This document shows positions 1 to 13,700 of a stretch of DNA of 64,000 bases, in pieces. Within the stretch, counting starts at the first letter, position 1, and the number at the start of each line of letters is the position of its first letter. The position numbers and the translations under genes are program-made. The notes under the pieces are model-generated. The model saw only the letters and a program-made list of their open reading frames with translations, made no database searches and was not told where the DNA came from. Origin of the DNA: Hyphochytrium catenoides (lineage: Eukaryota > Protista > Hyphochytriomycota); NCBI GenBank assembly GCA_900088475.1, contig FLMG01001166.1, positions 64,363 through 128,362 of the forward strand. Direction: 5' to 3'.

Positions 1-2403
1 GAGGGGAAGACCTATGTGTATGCCCGCAAAGGATATTGGTTGAATGAGACTCGCCTCAGTTCAGCGCTGAAGTCTATTGCTTGGGACGAACTGGGAACAA
101 GCGAGCTTAATCGCTCCAAAGCTATCTCTTCTGCTGTAGATGCCTCAGTCTTCCTCTGTCCGCAAGGGTTTTGTCCTGGTAAACGTGACCCATAGAGTCG
201 CTAGGCTTTGGAACGGTGAGTGGATGTTACTCCGGCTACGATCCTGCCTCTCCTCTTTGCATGGGATGTGCTGAAGGGTATGAAAAAATTGGGACAGCTT
301 GCCAACGCAGCGGTGCCAGTGAATGTGCTAATGTCAGCTTGAGAGTTCGCGCTGTGACCTTCCTCGGAGTGGGAATAGGCGTGATGCTCGCCACCCTTGT
401 GGTCCTCTTGCGGGACACCACCTCCAGTAAAGTTCAGTCAGCCTCAATATTGATACTCATCTATTTCATTCAGGGTAAGACGTGCTTGATTGACCGCTAT
501 CCGCGCGCATCATCATGTGGGAGCCTTTTGGCCTGCTAGTGTCACGCTTCACTGATACCTACTGATGTTCACTTATCTTGTCCATGGAACAGCTCAAGTT
601 GGGATTGGGCAAAACTCGCCCACCGGTAAAACTCCCGGGCTGGCCCTCGTAGAGGTCTTTAACTACAATTTGTTCCGTCCAGTGCGAGTTGGCGGCATAG
701 TAAGTTCCCCTCCTCACCATGCGGCTGCGTCCAAGCTTCGAACTCTTATAGAACAGTAGTAAGTTCCTGGCTCTTTGCTTGATGGCTAACCGTGATGACA
801 TGTTCAGAATTGCGGCTACCTCGGCTACGGATCGGTGTATGACATGTTTTTCTTTCAAGCTATGCTGGCAATCGTTGCGGTCATCGTCTACGTCTTAAGC
901 TGCCTGGTCTTCTACTGGTTCGTTTTAGTCTCTGGGATCCGCAGTTTCAAAAGTCTTGGCAAACTTCTGTTGGAAGCGAGCGCTAAGGGCTCAGGACCTG
1001 AAGGAGAAAAAGGGTCTTCTAGGTTTTGGAGGTGCGTACCTAATGGTAGTTTATACTGTCTCTGATGATGAGCACGACGCCGACCTCAGCAATATCATCT
1101 ACTCACCTGCTGAAATGTATTTGAACTACTAGGTTTCGGCTCCCTCGCATCTTGAAGTCCTCTGTGTCAGTCCAACCGGGAGGGCATTCTGCGCGAAAGT
1201 CACTTGATAAGCTTTATTGTCAGAGAAAGGTAAGTAGAGGAGGAAGAAAGAAGGGGAATCTCAAGTGTCAGAAGATTCCTAAGCCGGTCTCCGTGATACT
1301 TTCCCTAGATCAAGCAGACTACCCAGGCCGTCCTGGTGCACATCTTGGTGTTCCCTTTAGTTCGCTTGGCGCTACAGCTTCGGCGATGTCGTCAAGTGTC
1401 GGGTGCACTGGTTCTTCAGGCAGACACCAGTATATCATGTTCCAGCGAAACCTATGAGCAGGGTGACACGATAGCCATTATACTGCTTTGTTTCTGTGGA
1501 GCCATAATCCTTCCATGGACCTTAGTGAACTTCCTATGGTTCTCGGTGTTCGCTGAGAAGTTCTCCGATATCAGTGTCACCAAGTTCCTCGGTTTTCGAG
1601 GTACGATTTATGGACAGCCTTAGATGTTAACAAGCGCCATGTCTTCTCTTTCGATCGCACTGACGACTACCGCTGCCCCTTGCTCTATGTGCCATCCCTG
1701 TAGTGGACCTGATTAGGTTTCGTGGTGATTACATGGGATTCTTCCGCTCCTTCAAAGACGAGTTTTCGCATTGGGGACTATGGAAAACCTGTGAAATGGT
1801 CATTCTTGCGATGATGTTAGAACTCCCTGACTCCACGACAGTGAAGCTTTTTCTTGTCTGGACCTTATGGCTGTTTTCCCTCATCTTCCAGCTGAGGAAT
1901 CGGCCATACAAATGTAAGAACTTATTGAAGAAAGAGGAACTGTCTTACCTTCCCCCGGAGCGCTCTGATTCCCTTCTGACGATACCTTTGCCTACTCTAT
2001 CCTCCAATTTCCAGTGAAGAGTGACAATATGCTAGCCGAGATTGCGCTGATGCTGCAGTTCTTTTGCTCTTCATATTATATCCTGCTTGAGCTGAAGTCG
2101 GACAATATCGATTGGGAGACGATGAGCACGGTCGTTGTGGTCATTGTCACCGTCCTCTTCTCAGCTCTGAACATTGACGATGACGAAGACACGGACGCAT
2201 CCAGAAAGAGACAAGACAGATGGCGATGGCTTGCTCGCCTGAAGAAGCCGAGGTCAGGAATGGACTCAAGAAAAGCAACGGGAGAGGCCGTCAAGGTGGA
2301 CAGGAAGCTCGTCGTCCCGCGGCGATGGAAGAATGCACTCAGAACTGTTATTGCCCGAAAGCAGCAAAGCCGAGTACATAGCGCCTTCGAAGTCTCGTCC
2401 TAG
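1..2403 (+). CDS. 5'-partial multi-exon multi-pass membrane protein with Cys-rich ectodomain (protist TRP-like/GPCR-like Cys-repeat family)
   Basis: Spliced ORFs give GYW...CPQGFCPG...CYSGYDPASPLCMGCAEGY (Cys-rich), then hydrophobic helices with family-like motifs ILIYFIQ, LQADTSISC, GFFRSFKDEFSHW and RPYKLKSDNMLAE. GT-AG junctions join the ORFs at 216, 565, 835, 1152, 1336, 1703 and 2014; stop at 2401-2403. Confidence 0.7.
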
Positions 2404-4707
2404 AAAAGATGGAGCGCCAGCGATAGTGGCAAGGCAGCCCGTGCCTGCCTCATATGCCCTTATGTGTCAGCTCTAGTATGATGGTGGCTTAAGGGAGGAT
2501 ATGGTATAATAATGGAAACTGTGAAGAGGACGGAGTGGAAACTCAGCTTCGATCTTAGCCGAGGAGAGTTGTTAGCCATTATGAGCTTGAGGCAAACATA
2601 GGCCGACCATTCTCGACAATAAGGGGCCACGTTCGCTAGCTGAGTAAGGCACTAACAGCTGAGGAAATGCTAGTTTATTTCAGTGTGCACAAACAGCATA
2701 AGGTAAGAAAGCGCATCTATGGTTCAAACATGTGAGACGCGCAATAGCGGATTAGAGCTGGATGGCGGTGGGACGTCTGATATCTCTCTCAGCTCATAAA
2801 CTGTTAGTCGACCGCTGAAGAGCAAGTGGTGGTGGATCGATTCTTGACTCCAGACCAAGCTGAACAAGTTCTAACACACCTCCTTATGCTAGCACAGTCT
2901 GACTGTTGAACAAAGACTGACTGAATCGGACAGCACACATAGATCTTCTTTCATGGATCTTGGCTAATGACATACTCAAAGATGGCGGACGAGACTGAAT
3001 AAGACCTCATTGTTCTCACGTAAGAGATTTACGTTCTTTCTTCGATTGCGGTGGAGGCTTGCTCGACTGGCCGTAGCACCGCCATGAGGCTTTCTGTTGA
3101 ACGCGATCTCCCAAAGCTCGCTAGAGTGGCAGCCACTACATTATTACTTACTTCTTCTCCTACTGCATCTACATCCGTTCAGATCCCCATCATATATTTC
3201 GACAACAGGTGTTGACGACGTGCAGCCGCTAAACCCCAGGACTCCTGTTAATACTTCATCAGGAAAGCCCGAAGGAAGAAGGAAGCAATGGCGTTTCGCG
3301 TCAGAACGCGTCAAGTAGCGAGACGAAAAAACTTGACTTATTATTTGACAACAAAAGACAAAAGGCGCTCTTCTTCGTCTACTTCTTACATCATCGCTGT
3401 GCCTCCCTCCACGTCTAGAGCGTTATGTCTCCCAGTAGTACTAGCCTATGGTGACGCAAGTGTAAAGGCAAGCGCTAGAGGAGGACGCAGCAACAAGCCC
3501 ATCAAGTTAGAGCTAGTGAAAGTGAAGCAAATCTATCAAGTGGTGGTCGAGTGAGAGTCGGATGATGATGACTCTCGTCTGCAATGATAACTGGGTTAGT
3601 TGGTGGACAGCAGGAGGATGCTGAGCAATGTATATGCGCAAAACTTAGAATAAAGAGCTAGCTCTCCTCCCTATCAGCAGCAGACAGCCCAGGCCTTCTC
3701 CTTAGATCATCTTCATTGTTGTCAGGGCCCTCGTCTGACTCCAAGCAAGAAAAGGTCGCCGCTGTCCGGCCGGCGCGGTGGCTGCCTCTTCTTCTTCTAT
3801 GGCCTGGGAAGACGGAATGCGCTCCACTGGTGGCTGATCTGTGCTGGTCATAACTCGCTCAAACAGATACGCCGGAGGATGGTTACGCCACCACGCACCA
3901 GAAGACGAACTGGCAAACCGGCGGCGGAGGACATCAGGACATCCTAGCCATCCGAGCGAAGCATGCATCTTCAGTTCTTCAGTACTACTCTGGTTATACT
4001 CACACGGTGTGGAATGCATGATAGATACGATTGCATGATGATGGTAGTCTATGCAAGAAGTCTTCTGTCTCCTCTTTGAATTTGGATCAAAAATCTGGAT
4101 CATGAATAATAATCACCATTCTTCAGAGGTGGGATGGGGAGGTGGAGGGCAAGGAGGATCTGAGGACTAGGGAGGCGCTGTAGTAACTGAGCCCTTCATT
4201 AATATAGTCTTTATATCCGGTTATCAATACGTAGTTTTGCAGTCCATGATTCTTGCCTTCTGCAAAGGGCAAAAAGTGGAAAAGTGACGTTTTGAATGTC
4301 AGAGGCATCATGATGGCACAGAGGCCAGCGTTGATGGGTCCAGATACTCAGCTATCAGTCCAAGCGTCAAGCGTGCTCGGAGATCGTCAATGATCATCGG
4401 GATGACAGCAGGAGACAGACATCTAGACAGGCCATCTCTGTGACACTAGAGCCTCGGGAAGCGGGGGAGTGACTGCCTAGTAGAAGCCCGTGAGACAGTA
4501 GAGCCTTGAGGAAATCCGAGAACCTTCGCATGTGACAATGCTGAAGGAGTAAGGTAAAGTTCGCAAGAATGCAAAGCTCAAGGAAGGCTTTCCTCAATAG
4601 TCCCAGAAGATACGCCTGGGTCGAAGCAACCTGGGAGAAGAGTGGTCACTAGTGTAACAAGTGGTTGGCTTGGCGCGGACAGCGTTGAGAGTGAGACAGA
4701 CGTGACG

Positions 4708-7700
4708 ATGGCAACGTCCAGCAGGCCTGGTGATTCCGGTGTCAAAGATGAGATCCGTCAACTGGAGCTGACTCTCGAAAAAACGGAAAGCAGAGTGCGC
4801 TTTTTAGAGGATGAAAACGCGTCTCTGAGGGAGGTAAGCTATAGTCATCTGCCTTCGGCTGGTCTTTGTCTCAACCTTGGTACTTACAGCACTCTTGCAT
4901 CCTGATCTTGATTTGAACAGCAACTGCACTCGCATGATCGAGATGGGGGCCGTCCTCTGGCCACCGAGTACAGATCGAAATATGACAAGCAAGTTGAACG
5001 AGAGAAAGCTCTCAAGGAAGAGCTTCAGCGGGCAGAAAAGAGGGCTCGACAGGTCCACTCTCGCTGACCCGACCCTTACTGAAGCTCATCGTCTGCAATT
5101 GTAGCCCTTCTGATCTCTAGCTCCTACGTTTACGTTGTTCTATCGCTATCTGTCTCACTTCCTTATTTCTGTCGCCATTCACCTATAAGGTCACATGTCT
5201 CTGTCATTCATGCCATGACTGACTCTGCCTTCTCACCATGCCTCGCATTGTGACTTCTTTAAACCACCTTTTTGAAGGCGGAGAAGGAGGTGGAGCGGCA
5301 CCTTTCGGATATACAGAAGCTTGAGGAAGAGAACCAGTCCCTTCAGACCGAGGTGGAAGAGAAGAGCCGCCTTCTGTTGCGCGAGAGACAAATCCGTGAC
5401 TCTGCTGCAAGCTCTAAGGGCAAAGATGGAGAGAAAGCGAATCAGAGGGCTGAGCTGATTATTGCCTTGGCCGAGAACGAGGATCTGAGAAACCAGCTTG
5501 CTGCTCTGCATAGTGAGATGGAGAGCCTCGTAGAAGCGGCTCAGCAGCTTGATGCGGACCTCAGAGCGAAGCAGACAGAAGTTGAGGAGATGAAGGAAAG
5601 AGGTCATAAGTACATGCAGGAAATTGCCGAACTGAAGGCACACCAGGAAGAAAGCGACAGGGAAGAGAAAAGGCTTCATGATGAGATACTTAAACTTGAC
5701 GAGAGGGAACACAACCATCGAGAAGCTTTAGAGAGATTGACGAGAGATCATGGCCAGCGGGTTGCACTCCTGGAGGATACGATTACACAGCAGAAGAGCA
5801 GCATCTCCCTCCTAGAGAAAGAGGTAGAGCATCTGAGATCCTCGTCAGACGTTAGTTCGCTGCTGAAGAAAATTGAGGAGCTCGAAACAGCAAGAACATT
5901 GGACAAGAAGGCTCTTATGTCAACTCAAACTGAGCTGGACAAAACCTTAGCGGATCTAGAGACGATGTGGGAGCTCGGTGAACAATTTGAGCAAAGACTT
6001 CAAGAGGCCGTGGAAAAAGCAGCTGGAGAGGAAAAGAAGAAGAACGAAGAGCTAGTGAAAAAAGTGAGTTCCTTATTATCCTGTTCGTCAGCTCTTAGGC
6101 TTCGCTGGAGAGATTATCTGGCGCTTGCGACGCTTAACAAAATCTGTCTTAGCATTCCATGCCATGAGTCTCTGCTTTGCTACTCAAACAAGTGCCGTAC
6201 GTCTTATGGTCTTTACTAATATTCTCCCGTCTGTTTGTAAGCTGGAGCAAGCGCAGGAAAAGTTAAATGAGCAGAGAAAGTTAATCTCAGAATACGAGTT
6301 AAAGCTTGCAATGGAGGAAAAGGAAAGGAGGGAAGCAGAAGCATGGAATGCTGCTTATGAAAAGAAAGCTGGCTTAGAGGATGTGGTTCGTTATCAGAAA
6401 AAGCTAAAGGCAGATATAAGGTTAGCTGTTTCCAAGCAATTCCCCCTCTCTACGTGCCCTTTGACCTCATAAATGGGCAGCAAGTGCGTGCGCAATTACA
6501 TTATTTTTCTCTACCGCTGTGTATCATGTGAGGACCGAGTAAGATCATTTCTCTTTCTCAAGGCTGCCTGCGTTTCGTCACGGTGTTTTTTAGGCGAAGA
6601 GACGAGGACATTCGTAAGCTCAACATGAAGCTTGGAGAGCAGATGGACGCGAGTAGCTTACTTTATAGTACCTGCCAGAGGCTGAAGCAGGAGCTAGGCC
6701 GATCTCCTGACTTCCAGTACGATGACGTGGAGGTAGAGAGTATATGCTATCTTTCTCTTGGTTCCTCTGCTGTCAGGATCTAGTCCTTCATCCTCTCATC
6801 TGTCCTCCCTCCCACCCCTCGTTCTCTTCTATCCCCTTGTTGCCTTCTTCCCTGCTCTTCTTTACTTTAGGATGAATCTATACTCTATCTCGAGCCTTGA
6901 CTGAGTGCCCCTTGACTAATTGTCTCATTGCCGCATGTCCCTCTCACTTCCTCATGTCCCTCTTCCAGCTAAAGACGGAGTATAATGGAGAGCTTGGAGC
7001 TGCGCAAGCTTTGAACCAGCAATTGTTGGCACAGATCGACGACTTGGAGGAAGAGAGGCTAAGGCTTCTAAAGGTGCGGACGTCAGACTCTCACTTCCGT
7101 CGGACTCTGAATATGTGCATGCCGTAGCCGGAGATGCGTCATCTTTACACTTTCTACATATTCTCGCTTCCGTGACAATGTGGGCCGCAAGCCCTTCTTA
7201 GTTCTTCGGCTGAGTGACCCCACTTCTATTAGGCCCTCCGGTTGAACGCCAAGCATCTAGGAGCAACCGGAATGAAAGATTTCGGCCTTCTGCCTGAACA
7301 GATGGTTCTGGTCAACGAGTTCATAGACAACCTTAAGGAAGGCCGGGCAGATCTGAGACCCGCTCCTTTGTCACTCTATAGTAGAGAGAAAGAGCAAGAG
7401 CTACAAGAGCTCAGGACCCAGCTTGCAGTTGCGAATAGGAGAATAGAAGATTTGGAGGCCCTCAGGGACGAGGATGAAGGTGAGGTTAAAGTGCTGGCAT
7501 TGCCGATTGTTAGGGTTGCACCCTACTCTCTCAGTCCAGTCTCCTCGTCTCACACGTCACCAATCCTAAGTCCTTATACCCGGCACTCTGTTCCTGTGTT
7601 ATATGGTGCTGCTTATGATCACTCTGTTCCCCCGTCGCTCTCATCTCTTTCTGACCATTCTCCATCCCTTTCCGTCGCTTCGGTTAAATCCGTTGCAAAC

Positions 7701-10700
7701 CTTTCTGTTACTCTTGGCGCTTTGTAGTCCTTCGCCCTATCCACCAGCTTGCAGAGCCTCCGGCAAGCCTGATGAGAAACCTCGACCCTCCATCCCCTGC
7801 ACTTACCGCACCTACTACTACAGCCTCGACTACACCAAAAATGAACCGTCAGAAGTCCTCGGTAGAAAAGGAGAAAAATGGGGCCGGGGCGGAAGGGCAG
7901 AGTCCCAACGTCGTTAACTCGCTCCGCAATGATGATAGAGACGCCGTTATTGCCCTTCTGAAGAAAGAGCTTGGGCAAATGACCGACGCATTTCGATTAG
8001 CTAACAGCTCCGACAGTAGTCAAGAAGCCATTATGACGTTGTTGAAGGAGACTCAAAATGCCTTGGAAAAGAGGACTATTGAGATTGAACACTTGAAGGG
8101 AGACAACGCAGTGCTGCGAGAGAGATTAAGGATTTCCGCATCGGACGTTGGTGCCTTATCCTCAGCTTTTCCTACGTCTTCGGCAAGAGGAAAACATGCA
8201 AGTGATAAGGACAGCGAGATCTTTTCTACGACCGCCGCACCTCCAAGTCCAAGTCAGAGGCCATCAAGTCCGGCAGCTAAGGAGATACTGAAACAGAAGA
8301 AGGATGTTGCTCTTCTTCCTCCCGATGATTGGGCTCAAGAAGTCTCCTCACTCCACTCCCAGCTGCTCACATGCCTGGAGGAGATGGCGAAGGGAGAAAG
8401 ACGAGAGAAGGAATATGAAGCAGCGATTTCTTTATATGAAAGTCGGTTAAGGTTGATAGATGATCAGCATCACGAGCTATATAAGGATTTCACGGCCAAA
8501 AAGAAGGTTCGGTCACGAAGCCTCGTCTTGAACTCGCTACTTTATTTTGGTCTGTCTCTCGGAAACAGTCCAAGACCTCTCGGCAGTCTTCCAAATTTGT
8601 CCTTCTACCTGCTTTCTGCACCAGCTCTGTCTAACCAAGTTCGTTTTTGTGAGTAGAACGAGGAGAGAAGAGAAGGACACTGGAAGAGCTGCTAAAAGAG
8701 ACTCAGGAGAAGCTTGAGGAGAGTAGGATTAGGCTAAGCAGGCTGGAGATCCTCGCTTCCACGCTAGAAACTGGAAACGATGCGGAGCTGAGAAACTTGG
8801 TAAGGATTGCACGATGCTCCCAACTCCTAACAAACGATTGCAAGCGCCACGACGTGTTACGAGATACTAAGAGAAAACGTGAGAAGAGAGTAGCTTAACT
8901 TCCGTGGCAAACCCGATCTAGTGGAAGTAAGGGAAGGGTTCAGAGAAAATAAACCTTAGCAGGGACAACCCAGAAAGCCGCCGGGGTTTGAGATCTCTTT
9001 AAGGCCTGGACTCCATTGTTCGTTGAGGCAATACTTGCTCATTATTATGCTCGGTGATGCACAGACTCGAGAGCTCACAAGAAAGCTGGCAGTGCTAGAA
9101 GTGAATGAGTGCGTCCTTGCAAGGTAGGAAGACTATCCAAAGTAGTCGGGGTCTCTGCTCCAGGCCAGATCTCCGCTCCCCCGTCCTCATCGTGCAAAGT
9201 TGTGCATTGATGAAAGCTACAGCTAACTTCTTTCGTCTATAGGAAGTATAACCTCTTAAGCGAGGAAGTCGGACAAGAACGGGTTGTCAGAACACAGCTC
9301 GAAAGTGACTTTCAGGACATGGAGAGAACGTTAAAGTTGCGGATCAGAGTACTGGAAAGCTGGAAAATTAGAGCCCATCACAGGTCCCTGCTTCATCCGT
9401 ATATCTTTTTCACCTTAAGATATAAAGGCAAATATCTCCTTTCAAGTCTACTCTCTAGGCTATTATCGCTTACCGCGCCTCGATTATGCCCTAGGACCTT
9501 CAGACATATTTTTGTCGGCACCATTGTATTCTTAGTAATAGGCTGCTAGGGACCATTTGTTGCCTTCCCCACCTTCTATCACATCCAGCCTTCCTTTAGC
9601 TATATATTAATAACTCTCTTTCCAGACTCGAGTTCCTCTCCGCCATGTGCGACCGTTCGGTGCTCAAGACTGACTTCAATAGGATAGAAAGAGAGCTGAA
9701 GGTGAGCCTCTTCTCTCGGCCTGCCCAGGCGTAGCTTCAGCTAAGCCCCTATTGCTTCCAACTCCTAGGAAGTAAAGCAGAAGTGCCTGATTGCAATTGA
9801 AAGCGAGGCGCAGATACGGTCCGAATGGATTCTCTGCAGAGATCTTCCCCGCGAGAATCAGCAGCTAAAGCATGAATTTGCCATATTGAAGGCTGATCTC
9901 GAGACAGCCAAAAGAAACTCAACCAGTTCCTCGCCTCTTTCTTCTTACCAACCCAATGCTGCATTGGTCTCCAGCATGGCGAGAGAGGAGCTATTGCAGG
10001 AAGTCAGCAAAGCAAGAGGTGCGGCGGCTCAGCTTGAAATAGAGCTTGCAGGCACCAAAAAGAAGGCTGAGATACTTACTGATCGAGTTAAGGAGCTGGA
10101 GGTAGCCAAAAATAACTTCTCTTTAAGGCGTCCCCTGACAATGTCTTCTCCTGCTTGCTCCTTGCTAGAGCGCGTCCAACACCTTCACTTCGTTTATGCT
10201 TCTTTTTCTGCAAGGTCCTACCTTTAGCTGTAAGTTGGTCTGGAAGGCTGGTTCTTCTTGTTGAGCGGTATGAGAGACTGCCACTAAGATGTTTTCTCTT
10301 CCATATAGGCGGAAGTCGAACATCAGCGGCAGAAGCTAAAGGATGTCGAAGGGAAAAACGACACCTATAAAGCCATTTTGGAGAAGAATGTCCAAAAAGC
10401 TAGGGAGATACTAGGTCAGAAAACAGACGAGGATTAGGGTGCTACTGATGCTGAGGGAGGAAGAGGAACTAAGTAGAGGTTGCAGAAATGTAGTTCGAGT
10501 ACCCGCTTGCCTTCCCTCTTAATGTCGCTATCCCACACCATGTCAACCTGATTGCCTTCCTTAGATGCCTACGAAGGCGGCGCTACCGGTGACCAAGTGA
10601 ACCTCATGCAAGAGCGCATTCAGGAACTGGAGAAAGAATACAATAAGGCACTTGCAGAGCTGGAGAGGCTCAAAGAAGTGTCAGACATAGCTCTTTCACA

Positions 10701-13700
10701 GGTTCGAGGCTTCTACAATGTTAGGATGTTATTCCATGTCCCTAGGTTCTTGAGGAGTGTGTTCTCTCTCGGTAAACTTTTGCCCGATAAGCTGAGCATC
10801 AGCCCGCCCTAACAAGCTGTTTATATTGTAACATATCCTGCCTTCACTGGGCTACATGCAATAGTCCCAGGCGCTAGAAGCCCGTAAGCAACAGCGTGAT
10901 ATGGAGTTTGAGCACCTGCGGGAGCGGCTCCGGGAGCTAGAAGCTAAGAGTGATGATGATGCTATGATAGGAAGATTGCACCGGAAGATACTGTCAATGA
11001 AGGTGCGGCCTATGTTCTTGCCTTTCTTCTCTCTGAGTACATTTCTTCAGCCTTCAAGGCTTTTGCCTCGCATTACTGGAGAGTCTCCATCCCCTCCTAG
11101 CTGTTCCTCGTTACTGAGCTATTGGCACCCCTCTATGTGATGCAGTTAAGGTGCTCTGTAACAGTAGCCGCGTTTTCAGCTTCATTTGTGCTTTTAACAT
11201 CACTTTTCAAAAGGTCAACTACCAGTCCTTTGCCCGAAAGTACGAGGTCGTCCGGTCCAATCTTCGGCGACAAGAGCTACGAGTTCGGCTGCTGGAGGCT
11301 CAACTCGACGAAAGAGAGAAAGAAATTGAATCTCTGCGAGGCGAGAGCAGGACCAAGATAGAAATACTAGAGAAAGCTCTGAGAGAAATGCACAGGGGTA
11401 AGAGACGGTATTGGGGTGAATTACGTGGCTAGTTTCTTCCCTTGCTTAACCTTTGTTCTGCTGCCATCTGACACTCTTCTCCCCAACGGCTTCTTCAATG
11501 CCACTTGGCTGTCTCTCCCGTGATATATTTCACCTCTTGCGATGCGGTCTATTCGAGTTGCCTTTGGTCTGTTGTTTGTCCACGTCTCTCTATCTTCTTA
11601 AATGACCTCACAAACTATTTTCACTAGGGGAAGACGAGACCGGAAAGGTCGTTACCATTTCTCAACTGGAGCTTCTATCCAAAAGAGTGAAGGAACTGGC
11701 TGCAGAAATCGAAAGAAAGGAGGAAGAGAGAAGGAAAGCAGTAGACGCAAGAGTTGAGACGGAAAAGAAGCTTGATGTTAGTACGTGCGAGGCAGAAACG
11801 CTAAAGGTAAGGCCCTTATCAGGATAGAACATTTGCCAAAATCTCCTTTCATCGCTGGCTCTGAGCTCAAACAGCTGAGCTTTTAACCTCCTTGATAATA
11901 ATTTTGCTTGATTCTCACTCTTACCTCGCCCTCAACGAGCAGCTGCAACTTGCAGATCTCAATCGGTTTTTGGCAGCGAAAGAAAATTCCTCTATCACTG
12001 CAAAAACTTCAACCAGACGTCTTCTGGAATTGAGCGAAGATCTGAAGAGGCATAAGATTGAGCACTTAAGACAGCAGCGAGAAATTGGAAATTTAAGAGA
12101 CGAAAAGCGGCAACTTCTGGAGCAAAAGGAGAAACTAGAGGAAGAGGTCCGCAGGCTGGAGGAGGAACTGATAAGCGGCCAGCATTTGGGCAAAGGCGAA
12201 GAGCAGGTCACCTTTGAAAGAAGAGAACCAACTTCCCGCTTGACTCCTCTTTATGTCCTAGAACTACGTTGTGCCAGCTGTCGTCTCGTCTACTATGCTT
12301 GATTATCGTTTTGCAAATGGCTTTTTGAAGGACTTCATGAGTCCTAAAGCCTTGTTCAGCCTTTGCTGATGGGGGACGCTTTGTTTCAGGATGAGGACCA
12401 TGCTGCTCTTAAGCCTGTCAATCCGATGGTCCAAGAGATCCTAAGGAACATAGGGGTTCCTGGCCTTTCTAGTTCCCTTCCTGACAGCCAGAATAGCGCC
12501 AACAGCCTTCAGAAGAAGACGGATATTAATCCAGCTGAGGACCCAGATGAGAGTGCGCTTAGACTCGGAGAAACTTCTGGAGCGGTAGGACACCTTACTC
12601 TATTCTCCCAGTATCTATATCTCATTTGAAGCAGAGGAGTTATCTTACTGTCTTGAGGATCTCTAATCATTCCTCACCTTCTTGCTTCCTGGTCTACCGT
12701 TCCTTTGTGTCCTAAGGAGTCCCCGTCTCTTTGTTTAGGCTGATAAGCAGCAGTTTGGGTCTCTTCTCTCTTCCCTTACGTCCTACGAAGCAAGGACCCT
12801 GTTACCGTTCCTCTCGGACCCTGAGAGCGCTCTGCAGAAGCTGAAGGAGGCGTCATCGCGGGAGGAAGAGAAAGAAAGAGAAATTCTGGAACTGAAGAAG
12901 ATGTGTTACGAGTTGCGGAGTGAGTTGGAAGAAGCTCACACACGGAGTTCTCAGCAAATGAGGACGTACGAGATGCAGCTAGAGAAGGCCGGTAAGAAAT
13001 GAAAGTCGTTTTGGGCTGGGCTGGAATTTAACAAACACTGTGACTGAGAGACGTGGGACAGAGATAGGGAGAGAGAAGAGAGAGAGAGAGAGAAAGAAAA
13101 TAAGAGTGAGAGAGTTGGTTATGGGTTGCAGCCAGACCTTTCAATCGACTCCGTCCTTTTTTTATACGAAGCGTTTTGCCAAAAACGGTAGAGTTGATAC
13201 ACCAATGCTGAGCCCTCGAGATTTTGGAGGACTTGAGAGCTCGTTTTCTAGCATAGGGAGCCTCGGTCATAGCTTATGTGCTTCTGTCGGTCTGTGCGCC
13301 GGGCAATGTTTCTGTGCTCTAAGAACCTACTGCTATAGGTATAATGCCCATGCGCAGCCCGTCGTCACCAACCGCATCGGGACCACCGTCGCCGACCTCA
13401 CCACTGCATAGGAAAGTGCTTAACTACTTCCAAGAGGACCAACAACAGCTTCAAAGGGCAGCGGCAGCTACGATTTCTTCTCTTAAGAATCTTGTAGAGG
13501 AAAAGAACAAGATGATTGAGGAGTATCAACAGAAGATTGAAGAGCTCCGAAGAAGACACGCAGCCGAGAAGGAGATTGATCAGGCAAGTCAGTTTGGTTA
13601 GCGCGCCATTAGGTCACTTTTGGATCTCGTGTCGTGGCTGCATTCTACTCTGGTCCTCTCTCAAACTATCCCCTTTAGGGTAGCATTTGTTTACGGTCAT

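Noticed and set aside
3702-4103. 133-aa minus-strand ORF upstream of CEP290
   Set aside because: No recognisable motif or convincing splice partners; cannot be supported as a gene.
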